In this document: in pieces, positions 8,722-17,349 of the stretch | How positions within the stretch are numbered: the first letter of the stretch is position 1 | How the letters are laid out: every line of letters starts with the position of its first letter | From: a virus | Taxonomy: Duplodnaviria; Caudoviricetes | IMG/VR virus record: IMGVR_UViG_3300047548_001519 | Span: 1 to 62,839 of that record | DNA: 62,839 bases | Strand: one strand, 5' to 3' | Notes under the pieces: model-generated | Database searches by the model: none | Told to the model about the DNA's origin: nothing | Seen by the model: only the letters and a program-made list of their open reading frames with translations | Made by a program: the position numbers and the translations under genes

Positions 8722-9297
8722 CTACAAAGTATAAAAAATGTGCCGGCCAATTTGGACTGTTTTGATCATTGTTTTATTCCAACGAGGATTTACATAGTCT
8801 GCATGGAAGAACAAAGCGCCTCCAGTAAAATCTAGAACCTGGTGCCGTTGCGCATACAATCTTACAGCAATGCTACGTGCAAGTCTATACTCCTGTGAGC
8901 TTGTATCCAAGGCTAACGCTTTCCTAGAGCAGTACCATGAGAATTGACAGACGTTAGCCTTTTTCTGATACACAACTTCACATACCGTAGGAGGAAAGTT
9001 ACGATGTCCTGCACGATTCATTGTGACTAATCCTACAGCCTTCATACCATAGTAACCTTGATTCTTAGCTTCATGGTACATATTGGTTGCTAGGCAATCA
9101 ACTTGTTGGCGGTCAGCTTTAGTCAAGTCTTCGTAATAGTATTCCCTCTCTCTTAGAGAAGATTTGAGTGGGTTGGCAAGTTCAACAATGTAAACAGTTG
9201 CCGTTGATAGTGGTAGTGTCCAAAAATATACAATGCACGTGAACGATATTAAAAAAGAGGACAAGAATACCGCTAATGAAACTTTTAAGTTTTTCAT
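8722..9297 (-). CDS. Cell wall hydrolase, SleB/Hydrolase_2 family, N-terminal membrane anchor
   Basis: CLA.N.YHEA, V.MNR....FP.TVCEVVYQ, CQFSW, GALFFHADYVNPRW, IGRHIFY. Confidence 0.9.
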   Translation of the reverse strand: MKNLKVSLAVFLSSFLISFTCIVYFWTLPLSTATVYIVELANPLKSSLREREYYYEDLTKADRQQVDCLATNMYHEAKNQGYYGMKAVGLVTMNRAGHRNFPPTVCEVVYQKKANVCQFSWYCSRKALALDTSSQEYRLARSIAVRLYAQRHQVLDFTGGALFFHADYVNPRWNKTMIKTVQIGRHIFYTL

Positions 9298-9353
9298 TAT
9301 TTTCTTCCTGTGGAAAATAGGTTGGCAGTTTTACGGGTCTGCCAACCTAGCTG

Positions 9354-9797
9354 TTAAAAGCGATATTTGACGCCACCAGTCAACACGTTAGCGTTGTTCT
9401 GGCTATTCTGGGCGAATTGATATGCATAATCTGCGGTGAGAGAAACATTCTTGCTGACAGGAATTTCTACGCCAATGCCAACAAGACCTGCTGAACCTTC
9501 ATTCCTCGACTGATTCAAATAAGCATAACCAACTTTACCCGATATTACAAAAGATTTGCTTTGGTAGACATCATATGAACCAACCAAAGTCCAACGGTTC
9601 TGGTCACCTTGGCTAAGCCATGCCTGAGCATAACCAGCTGTTAGACCCACTTTACCCCACTTCTCTCCAACAGTCACACCAGCAAGACCCCCATTATTGG
9701 ATCCAGTAGCGCCACCACCAACTACGCCAACTTCCAAAGCGGATGCTGTAGTTGCTGCTGCGGTAAGTGCGACTGCAATTGCCATTTTACGAATCAT
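9354..9797 (-). CDS. Small outer-membrane beta-barrel protein (OmpA/OmpX/Ail-like)
   Basis: Signal peptide (ASA), amphipathic strands, C-terminal GVKYRF BAM signature. Confidence 0.8.
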   Translation of the reverse strand: MIRKMAIAVALTAAATTASALEVGVVGGGATGSNNGGLAGVTVGEKWGKVGLTAGYAQAWLSQGDQNRWTLVGSYDVYQSKSFVISGKVGYAYLNQSRNEGSAGLVGIGVEIPVSKNVSLTADYAYQFAQNSQNNANVLTGGVKYRF

Positions 9798-9819
9798 AGT
9801 ATCTCCTATAGTTAATAAA

Positions 9820-10190
9820 GTACTAGCTGATTGGGTAATAAGGTTCAGCTAGCAAAACCCCAGCTCAGCATGCACTAGGCAGCTAAAGCAAATCGCTCAT
9901 CATTGGCGTTTATAGTTTTTGCTTGATTTACGGTCATCGCCTACCGGATCGTCCATATCTCTACTTGTTACCCTGTCGAATCTAGTCATCCCCATCAAAA
10001 TAAACCTTTTACTACTCCAAATGTAATGGCAAATAGTGGGATCAATATAATTGATGCGGCTAGCAACAATACAAACACCCAAACACATCTAAAGAATAAT
10101 TTTATATATTTCATAAAGTCTATTTTGGTGGAGATGGTGGGATTCGCACCCACGTCCAGGATACCTTTGGATCAACTTCGTACGATCATA
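9820..10190 (-). ncRNA. ssrA: tmRNA, circularly permuted (two-piece) gene; tag ANDERFALAA
   Basis: Acceptor piece ...GGACGTGGGTGCGAATCCCACCATCTCCACCA ends at 10126, upstream of coding piece GGGGATGACTAGATTCGAC starting at 9993; acceptor stem GGGGATG/CATCTCC with G3-U; tag codons 9907-9875; outer boundaries approximate. Confidence 0.9.
9995..10114 (-). CDS. 39-aa hydrophobic peptide encoded in the tmRNA intervening segment
   Basis: MKYIKLFFRCVWVFVLLLAASIILIPLFAITFGVVKGLF fills the spacer between the CCA end and the 5' G; no strong RBS. Confidence 0.5.
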   Translation of the reverse strand: MKYIKLFFRCVWVFVLLLAASIILIPLFAITFGVVKGLF

Positions 10191-10192
10191 AT

Positions 10193-10477
10193 CTATGACT
10201 GCTTTGGTGTACCACCCATACTGATGACGCACATAATTCCTTTTACTATTTCTGTCTTTGTTACTGTATACGACTTTGTCTCTAAGTTTTGCCAAAGAGA
10301 TACGACTATTGTAGCACTTTCAACAGCAGACCACAACTTCATTTCACCGTAGGATTCTATCCATTTGGTCACATCTTCTGTTGAAGAGCAGATAGCGCTC
10401 ATCTTAACATGCTGTACAGAGGGCTGGGCAAAAGCCATCAATGGAACAAATAAAAGCCCTAGAAAGTATTTGCGCAT
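10193..10477 (-). CDS. Secreted hypothetical protein with two cysteines
   Basis: Signal peptide ending AFA; late promoter TATAAATA at 10509-10502. Confidence 0.65.
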   Translation of the reverse strand: MRKYFLGLLFVPLMAFAQPSVQHVKMSAICSSTEDVTKWIESYGEMKLWSAVESATIVVSLWQNLETKSYTVTKTEIVKGIMCVISMGGTPKQS

Positions 10478-10517
10478 GGCTTTTCCTAGAGTGAGTATTT
10501 TTATTTATAAGAATGAT

Positions 10518-10606
10518 TGGTGCGAGTGGCCGGACTTGAACCGGCAAGACCTTTTACAGTCGGTGGGTTTTAAGCCCACTGTGTTTGCCTATTTCACCAC
10601 ACTCGC
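10518..10606 (-). tRNA. tRNA-Leu(TAA)
   Basis: Cloverleaf with long variable arm, anticodon loop CTTAAAA, GGTTCAAGTCC, encoded CCA. Confidence 0.93.
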
Positions 10607-10616
10607 GAAGTACTAA

Positions 10617-12140
10617 TTATATAATAATGTTGGCAAAATATCCACTTAAATTAATGGTTATTTGGGGTTCTTCGGGTTCCACTCCCTCTTCTTCAAGTTC
10701 TACTTTGTACCCCCAAAGATACTCAAGATAGTGGATGACTTCCAATTTCTTGTCCGTTAATTTTTCATCATTTCTTGGGGTGTATCTCAACACTAATCTT
10801 CTTGTGGTCTTGAGGTTTGCATTCACAACTTGAATATCTGGAACAAACCTTGAGAGACTATACTGTGCACTTAGTGTGCGTCTAATCGAATCATACCCTC
10901 TTTTATCTTGTATGCCAGATATTGTGACATAATCATCATGCTCATTGTTGGTAATTTCAAACAACTTCCATTTGCGTATGATTGCTGGACTTAGGAATTG
11001 CGCAACAAAGCTTTCATCTCGATAATTCTTTACTGCATCTAAGACTGTTGGTAACCAAGGCTGCCCTGCCATATGTGGGAAGTACTCTTCATCTTCCTTT
11101 GTCGGATTCTCGCATATTCTTTTGATGTCTGTAAACATATCAAACCCAAGAGCGTATGGATTGAATCCAGAGTAGTACTTGTGATCGTGAGGTAGTTGTC
11201 TCAGCACGGAACTGTGGCTATGAATGAACTCCATATATTGACCATCTGATAACTGACCCTTCTCCCATAGCCTATTCATAATATAGTAGTGAGTAAAGGA
11301 AGCAAACCCTTCATTCATCAGCTTAGTTTGATACTGAGGGTAGAAATATTGCGAGAGTTTACGAACAATCCTTACAATCTCTCTTTGCCATGACTCTAAA
11401 ACAGGACTATTCTTTTCGATGAAGTAGAGAATGTTTTCTTGAGGTTCTTTAGGGAAGACGTCATCGTCTTCATCATCTACCTCAATCTTACCGGAAGGCG
11501 GCAAGGTTCTCCAAAGGTCGTTAGCCATCTTTTGGACGTACTCTTCACGCTCCTTCTGCATCTCCTGTTCTTTTTTCTTACTCAATTTTGTTGGTCGTTT
11601 ATAACGATCCACACCATACATCATCAACGCGTGGCAAGCGTCTAACGTAAGCTCAACTTCCTGTACACCGTATGACTCTTCACACTTTGCAATATAGTTT
11701 TTAGCAAACTGCAGGTAGTCAACAATTGATTCTGCATCCGTCCATTGACGAAACAAATAGTTGTTCTTAAAGAAGTGATTGTGGCCATAGGCTGCATGAG
11801 CAATCACAAGAGCCTGCATCGTCATAGAATTCTCTTCCATGAGATATGAAATGCAAGGTGAACTGTTAATTACAATCTCATATGCAAGGCCAGAATGTCC
11901 TTTCCTGTAGCCGTACATATCCCTCAAGAAATGCTTTCCGAAACTCCAATGGGTGTACATTAAAGGAAGACCGTGACTTGAGTATGCGTCAAGCATCTGA
12001 TCACTACCAATAATCTCAATCTGATTAGGATACACATCAAGATGCAATTCTTCAAGTGCAATCTCGCGAATTGCATCTTCAGCAATCCTCAACCGATCGA
12101 ACGTCCAATCGTTTGTGTCAAATAACAGCTTTGAGATCAT
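10617..12140 (-). CDS. ycgB: SpoVR/YcgB family protein
   Basis: DVYPNQIEII, G.P..Y.HWSFGK.F, GLAYEIVINS.PCI.YLMEEN, AHA.YGHN.FFKNN, YFYPQ.QTK.MNEG.A. Confidence 0.93.
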   Translation of the reverse strand: MISKLLFDTNDWTFDRLRIAEDAIREIALEELHLDVYPNQIEIIGSDQMLDAYSSHGLPLMYTHWSFGKHFLRDMYGYRKGHSGLAYEIVINSSPCISYLMEENSMTMQALVIAHAAYGHNHFFKNNYLFRQWTDAESIVDYLQFAKNYIAKCEESYGVQEVELTLDACHALMMYGVDRYKRPTKLSKKKEQEMQKEREEYVQKMANDLWRTLPPSGKIEVDDEDDDVFPKEPQENILYFIEKNSPVLESWQREIVRIVRKLSQYFYPQYQTKLMNEGFASFTHYYIMNRLWEKGQLSDGQYMEFIHSHSSVLRQLPHDHKYYSGFNPYALGFDMFTDIKRICENPTKEDEEYFPHMAGQPWLPTVLDAVKNYRDESFVAQFLSPAIIRKWKLFEITNNEHDDYVTISGIQDKRGYDSIRRTLSAQYSLSRFVPDIQVVNANLKTTRRLVLRYTPRNDEKLTDKKLEVIHYLEYLWGYKVELEEEGVEPEEPQITINLSGYFANIII

Positions 12141-13408
12141 ACGGATTCCTTTGCAAATAAGGATTTAAACACTTTCCAGATATCTTCTGTATAAAACACT
12201 GTCCTCATAGCAAGGTGTTTAAATTCGTCAGCAACAGGACTATATGACTCCCAAAGGTCTGTATTTGTGTCTGAACCAAGTTGGTACACTCTACCAATTT
12301 CAATGTAAGCGAAGTATTGTGTCAAAGGCATCAACTCTGTGATTGTTTTTGTCGCTTCCTCCGAATCATCACTATAGTTATCACCATCAGATGACTGAGC
12401 AATGTAGATGTTCCAGTCGTTAGATGGATATCTACGCTCGATGATCTCTTTTGTTAGCTTAAGAGCAGATGAAACAATTGTTCCACCAGATCGTTGACCG
12501 TAGAAGAATTCTTCCTCATCTACCTCATCAGCTTCTTCGTGGTGACGAATGAATACAATATCTACTTTCTCATACTTACGATGAAGGAACATATGTAATA
12601 GAAAAAAGAATCTTTTTGCAAGATCTTTCTCTCTTTGTCCCATCGAGGCTGATACATCCATCAAACAAAACATCACAGCTTTGGTTGTTGGTTTAGGCAC
12701 TTGTGTGAAGTTGCGATAGCGAACATCAAAAGGATCTAGCCAAGGAATTGCTACTTGTTTTCTTTTCAGTTCATCCAGTTCAATTTTTAGCTTTTGTACA
12801 AGCTCAGCATCCTTATCGATGATTGCCTGATCAATCTTCTTTTCAAGCTCCTCGATTTCTTCATTCTTTGGTCTATGAAGTCCAGTACGCCTACCCATAC
12901 TATTTTTCAACGATCTAACAACATCCAGTTGAGATGGGTTGCCCGTGTTAGTATATCCCGCTCGTTTCATTTGCGTTTTGGTAACATCTTTAATTTGCTT
13001 TTTGACGAGGTCAGGAAGCTCAAGATCTTCGAAAATGAAATCGATGAACTCATCCTTACTAAGGATGAACTCAAACTCATCCTCGGCATCTACGCCAGTA
13101 CCGCCTTTTGTCCCTCGTCTCCCTCCCCCTTGAGGAGGTTTATCCTCAGTATCACCTTCGATGTATTCCTTATTGCCTGGCATGACATATTTCTTATCAC
13201 CAGTCTTTGGATCTACTTGAAACTGAGGTTCTCCGATACCTTTCACCCGAACACGTATTTTATTGTTCTGAATGTCAGCAATATTACCACCATCAATAGC
13301 CTTCTTAACAACTCTCTTAATCTGCTCTTTACTACGTTCAATAAAGCGCTGACGGTTCTTGATAGTTTTATCTCGTGGATTGAGACGTCGATCGATGATC
13401 GTTGACAT
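12137..13408 (-). CDS. yeaH: YeaH/YhbH (DUF444) vWA-domain protein
   Basis: IIDRRLN...K...NRQRF, AVMFCLMDVS.SM (MIDAS), FIRHH, SGGTIVSSAL, Q.SDGDN. Confidence 0.93.
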   Translation of the reverse strand: MSTIIDRRLNPRDKTIKNRQRFIERSKEQIKRVVKKAIDGGNIADIQNNKIRVRVKGIGEPQFQVDPKTGDKKYVMPGNKEYIEGDTEDKPPQGGGRRGTKGGTGVDAEDEFEFILSKDEFIDFIFEDLELPDLVKKQIKDVTKTQMKRAGYTNTGNPSQLDVVRSLKNSMGRRTGLHRPKNEEIEELEKKIDQAIIDKDAELVQKLKIELDELKRKQVAIPWLDPFDVRYRNFTQVPKPTTKAVMFCLMDVSASMGQREKDLAKRFFFLLHMFLHRKYEKVDIVFIRHHEEADEVDEEEFFYGQRSGGTIVSSALKLTKEIIERRYPSNDWNIYIAQSSDGDNYSDDSEEATKTITELMPLTQYFAYIEIGRVYQLGSDTNTDLWESYSPVADEFKHLAMRTVFYTEDIWKVFKSLFAKESV

Positions 13409-13416
13409 GATTACAC

Positions 13417-15372
13417 CTACGCTGATTTACGTACACGCATATACCACTCAACGAGACGGCGAATCTGTCTCGGTGTATATCCACGCTGCTCCATCCGCGA
13501 AATAAAGTCATTGTGTTTCTTTTCCAGGTCTTTATCTTTCTTGCTATCAAAAGAGATAACAGGCAACAAGTCCTCTACCTGGCTAAACATCTTCTTCTCG
13601 ATTACATCTCGAAGAATACTGTAGCTGGTCCATGTTGGGTTGTTACCATTGTTCTCAGGCTTAGCGCGCGCACGCAAACAGAAGTTTACGATCTCATTAC
13701 GGAAGTCTTTTGGATTAGCAATTCCAGCTGGCTTTTCAATCTTCTCAAGCTCATCATTCAACAAAGAACGATCCATCAAGAGACCAGTGTCTGGATCCTT
13801 AAACTCAACATCCTGAATCCAGGCATCAGCGTACTCAACGTAGCGATCAAACAAATTCTGGCCATATTCGGAATACGATTCCAAGTATGCTTTCTGAACT
13901 TCATTACCCAAGAACTCAGCATATCGAGTTGCAAGTTCACCCTTGATGAGAGATAACAGCTCCTGCTCTTTCTCACCACCAAACTGTTCACGCTTAATTG
14001 CATTCTCGAGAACGTACATCAGATGAACTGGATCAGCAGCAATCTCTTCTGGAGTGAAGTTAAATGTCTGTGAAAGAATCTTATATGCAAATCGAGTAGA
14101 GATTCCTTCCATTCCTTCATCAACACCAGCTACATCACGATACTCTTGAATTGACTTAGCTTTTGGATCAGACTCTTTGATGTTCTCGCCGTTGTACACT
14201 CGCATCTTGCTATACAACGTACTATTTTCATGATCTTTCAAACGAGTGAGGACACTAAATTGAGCAAGCATCTCGAGCGTCTGAGGTGCACAAGGAGCTT
14301 CTGTGAGACCAGAGCTCTTGATCATTTTTTGATAGATTTTCTGCTCTTCATCAACACGCAAACAATATGGAACCTTGATGACGCAAATACGATCTAGGAA
14401 TGCTTCGTTGTTCTTGTTGTTGCGGAATGTCTGCCACTCGCTCTCATTCGAGTGCGCCAACACGATACCTTGGAAGGGTATTGCAGAAATAGCTTCTGTT
14501 CCTGTGTAGTTGCCCTCTTGGGTAGCGGTGAGTAGAGGATGAAGAACCTTAATAGGTGCTTTAAACATTTCAACAAATTCAAGCAGACCTTGGTTAGCAC
14601 GGCAGAGTCCTCCAGAATAGCTGTATGCATCTGTATCGTTTTGGCTAAACTTTTCTAGTTTGCGAATGTCTACTTTTCCAACAAGAGTGGAAATGTCTTG
14701 ATTATTCTCATCGCCTGGTTCTGTTTTCATCACACCAATCTGTTCCAGCTTACTTGGTTGCAGACGAACAACGCGAAACTGATCGATGTCACCACCTGAT
14801 TGCTTCAATCGCTTTAGAGCCCATGGACTCATAATCGTATTCAAGTAACGACGATCGATGTGATACTTCTTTTCCAACACCTCAACATACTCAGGCGAAG
14901 AAAACAAGCCAAGAGGACTTTCAAACACTGGACTTATCTCAATAGTACCATCAGCGTGCTGGAATGCTAATGCGTAAATGGGATTTACTTCCATTAATTC
15001 TTTCAACTTCTCAGCCAGAGAGCTTTTGCCTCCTCCAACTGGTCCAAGAAGATACAGAATTTGCTTACGCTCTTCAAGCCCTTGAGCAGCATGTCGGAAG
15101 TAACCAACAATGCGCTCGATGGCATCTTCCATTCCGTAAAATTCTTTGAATGCAGGATAGACGCGAAGCGTTCTGTTTGAAAAGATCCTGCTTAGACGAG
15201 CATCTTTGCTGGTGTCAACCAATTCCGGTTCACCAATTGCAGCAACCATGCGCTCTGCTGCAGAAGCGTACATCATCTTATCTTTTTTACACAAATCAAG
15301 ATACTCATCAACAGTCATTGACTTGCTGATGGTTTTCTCGAAGTTCTTTTTAAACAAATTGGAAATCGACAT
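13417..15372 (-). CDS. yeaG: PrkA/YeaG family AAA+ serine protein kinase
   Basis: LLGPVGGGKSSLAE, EPGDENNQDIS.LVGKVDIRKLE, ANQGLLEFVEMFKAPIKVLHPLLTATQE. Confidence 0.96.
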   Translation of the reverse strand: MSISNLFKKNFEKTISKSMTVDEYLDLCKKDKMMYASAAERMVAAIGEPELVDTSKDARLSRIFSNRTLRVYPAFKEFYGMEDAIERIVGYFRHAAQGLEERKQILYLLGPVGGGKSSLAEKLKELMEVNPIYALAFQHADGTIEISPVFESPLGLFSSPEYVEVLEKKYHIDRRYLNTIMSPWALKRLKQSGGDIDQFRVVRLQPSKLEQIGVMKTEPGDENNQDISTLVGKVDIRKLEKFSQNDTDAYSYSGGLCRANQGLLEFVEMFKAPIKVLHPLLTATQEGNYTGTEAISAIPFQGIVLAHSNESEWQTFRNNKNNEAFLDRICVIKVPYCLRVDEEQKIYQKMIKSSGLTEAPCAPQTLEMLAQFSVLTRLKDHENSTLYSKMRVYNGENIKESDPKAKSIQEYRDVAGVDEGMEGISTRFAYKILSQTFNFTPEEIAADPVHLMYVLENAIKREQFGGEKEQELLSLIKGELATRYAEFLGNEVQKAYLESYSEYGQNLFDRYVEYADAWIQDVEFKDPDTGLLMDRSLLNDELEKIEKPAGIANPKDFRNEIVNFCLRARAKPENNGNNPTWTSYSILRDVIEKKMFSQVEDLLPVISFDSKKDKDLEKKHNDFISRMEQRGYTPRQIRRLVEWYMRVRKSA

Positions 15373-15460
15373 CTTGGCTCCCGCTCAACTATGATCCAAA
15401 ACTATTTAGTACAAGAAAAATAACGAATCTCTTTTATTGTATAATTTTGCGAGATGTCTA

Positions 15461-15491
15461 AAAAGGTGGGGGGCGTTGCACCCCCCGTTTT
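15461..15491. terminator. GC-rich hairpin terminator between the HTH gene and the prkA operon
   Basis: GGGGGG-CGTTGCA-CCCCCC flanked by A and T runs. Confidence 0.6.
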
Positions 15492-15494
15492 GAA

Positions 15495-15767
15495 TTAACG
15501 CTGTCCTACAACACCAAGTGCTTTAAGCATTACACGACCTGCACGGAGCATAGTGCGGGTTGGGGTGCTGTGGCGATAGAAATACTTTACACGACCTTTA
15601 GTGTCGACTTCACGATTGGAGTAAATAACATAACCTTCATCGCGAATCTCACTAATGCGAGCTGCAACAGTCTTGCGGGTTGTGCCCAACTGTGCTGCTA
15701 GCTGTGCTGCAGTCTTCTGTTTGCCTTCTTGAACAAGCGCTTCAAAAATTTTCTGCTTCATACTCAT
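15495..15767 (-). CDS. Winged helix-turn-helix DNA-binding protein
   Basis: TAAQLAAQLGTTRKTVAARISEIRDEGYVI wHTH pattern. Confidence 0.75.
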   Translation of the reverse strand: MSMKQKIFEALVQEGKQKTAAQLAAQLGTTRKTVAARISEIRDEGYVIYSNREVDTKGRVKYFYRHSTPTRTMLRAGRVMLKALGVVGQR

Positions 15768-15865
15768 GTTTCAATTTCTCCTAATATTAAAATGTACCCA
15801 ATTGGTACCCTTACAGTATCGCACATTTTACTTTAACTTGCAACAAATAAAATGTGCAATAAACT

Positions 15866-15940
15866 TGGAGCGGGATACCGGATTCGAACCGGTGACGAAC
15901 AGCTTGGAAGGCTGACACTCTACCCCTGAGTTAATCCCGC
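15866..15940 (-). tRNA. tRNA-Gly(TCC)
   Basis: Cloverleaf, anticodon loop CTTCCAA, GGTTCGAATCC, CCA. Confidence 0.93.
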
Positions 15941-15941
15941 A

Positions 15942-16502
15942 TTACATTGATGGTCCATTACCATTCTTAAAACCAATCTGACCACCTTCCGCTTCAATTC
16001 GTTTGATTACTTCCTCGAAAAGAATTGGAGCAAAGTCTGTCTGTTCAACACATACACAATGATACCGTGTATCGATAACTTTGTCAATCTTAACTCGATT
16101 GGCATGGAGATGCCCGTGAATGTTTGTTCCAAACCGGCCAAGACTTTCTGGATGGATGGGAATATGACTAAGAATCATTCCGTTCATAACATGATATGCA
16201 CGAAGCTCACGAAAGTATTGTCTGTACTCCTCATCACGGAAGATGTCATGGTTACCACGAATCAGAACCTTGTCACCGTTCAAGCGAGTGAGTGTAGATA
16301 ATGCCTTACGGTTAATTACTACATCGCCAAGATGATACACTTTGTCGTTGGGACGCACACGATCGTTCCAGCGTTTGATCATTTCTTCATCCATCTCTGC
16401 TGGATCATCCCAAGGACGGAGCTTTGATCCATCATCTCTTAAGAATCGGCATACACCAGCATGACCAAAATGCGTATCGCTAACAAGCCATACAGCAGGC
16501 AT
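15942..16502 (-). CDS. Calcineurin-like metallophosphoesterase
   Basis: SDTHFGH, HLGDV, GNHD, SH.P, HGHLH motifs; start moved to MPAVW because the longer ORF runs into tRNA-Pro. Confidence 0.9.
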   Translation of the reverse strand: MPAVWLVSDTHFGHAGVCRFLRDDGSKLRPWDDPAEMDEEMIKRWNDRVRPNDKVYHLGDVVINRKALSTLTRLNGDKVLIRGNHDIFRDEEYRQYFRELRAYHVMNGMILSHIPIHPESLGRFGTNIHGHLHANRVKIDKVIDTRYHCVCVEQTDFAPILFEEVIKRIEAEGGQIGFKNGNGPSM

Positions 16503-16525
16503 TATGCTTCTCCATAATAAATTAG

Positions 16526-16601
16526 TGGTCTCCGTACTAGGATTTGAACCTAGACCGCTGCGCCCCAAACGCACCACGCTACCTGATTACGCCATACGGA
16601 G
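16526..16601 (-). tRNA. tRNA-Pro(TGG)
   Basis: Cloverleaf, anticodon loop TTTGGGG, GGTTCAAATCC, CCA. Confidence 0.88.
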
Positions 16602-16608
16602 TTAAATT

Positions 16609-16684
16609 TGGTGCCGGTAACAGGGGTCGAACCCGTGACCTTCGCATTACAAATGCGCTGCTCTACCAACTGAGCTACACCGGC
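16609..16684 (-). tRNA. tRNA-Thr(TGT)
   Basis: Cloverleaf, TAGCTCAGTTGGTAGAGC D-arm, anticodon TGT, CCA. Confidence 0.93.
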
Positions 16685-16695
16685 ATGTTTCTATT

Positions 16696-16876
16696 TAGCA
16701 TTGGTGAGAGTACTGTCATATCCTTTTAAGACCTAAACGAGAGGTCTCCTGACATACCTCTAGAACCACCACAGTTCTATTCTCCGAATGAGAGTGAGTA
16801 ATATGCAGGATCGTATTTCACCACGACAGTCTGGCTGCTGGTTAGGCATTTTGCCCTAGGACTCTCAACAATGCTA
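16696..16876 (-). ncRNA. Unassigned ~180-nt structured RNA inside the tRNA cluster
   Basis: Terminal stem TAGCATTGTTGAGAGT/ACTCTCACCAATGCTA (15 of 16 pairs) enclosing several hairpins. Confidence 0.6.
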
Positions 16877-16878
16877 AC

Positions 16879-16953
16879 TGGCCCGGCCGCCAGGAATCGA
16901 ACCTGGATCACAAGATTAGAAGTCATGTGTACTATCCATTGTACTACGGCCAG
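16879..16953 (-). tRNA. tRNA-Arg(TCT)
   Basis: Cloverleaf, anticodon loop CTTCTAA, GGTTCGATTCC, CCA. Confidence 0.9.
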
Positions 16954-16955
16954 CG

Positions 16956-17031
<76 letters not shown>

Positions 17032-17039
17032 GTACTATT

Positions 17040-17116
17040 TGGCGGACCCGACGAGACTCGAACTCGCAACTTCTGCCGTGACAGGGCAGTGCTCTAACCA
17101 ATTGAACTACGGGTCC
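17040..17116 (-). tRNA. tRNA-Asp(GTC)
   Basis: Cloverleaf, anticodon loop CTGTCAC, GCCA end. Confidence 0.93.
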
Positions 17117-17186
17117 TAAAACAAAATAGCCTCCATATGGAGGCTATTGAAAATTCTTAACAAATGTGCTCTCATATTGTTCGATT

Positions 17187-17215
17187 ATTATATATGCTCA
17201 TTTGTGTAAAGTCAA
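17187..17215 (-). promoter_or_regulatory. Sigma70-type promoter for the tRNA cluster
   Basis: TTGACT-N17-TATAAT. Confidence 0.75.
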
Positions 17216-17349
17216 CTGGTTAATCTGGTTCCTCTTCTACGTGCTCAATAATGCGATAATGTTCTGCAGTGGACATTAGCAAATTTCTGAAATTATCTCT
17301 TGCCTCTACCAGTTTTTCGTACCCTTGTCCGCCTTGGGCACTTACTGAC

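Noticed and set aside
9900-10352. Track ORFs 9900-10088, 10026-10352 and 10089-10295
   Set aside because: Shadow frames over the tmRNA pieces and the neighbouring secreted-protein gene
12794-13956. Long + strand ORFs opposite yeaH/yeaG (and similar antisense ORFs elsewhere)
   Set aside because: Antisense shadows of strongly conserved genes with no recognisable motifs
16696-16876. RNase P RNA or intron-containing tRNA
   Set aside because: No GAGGAAAGUCC-type P4 signature and no T-loop or anticodon arm visible
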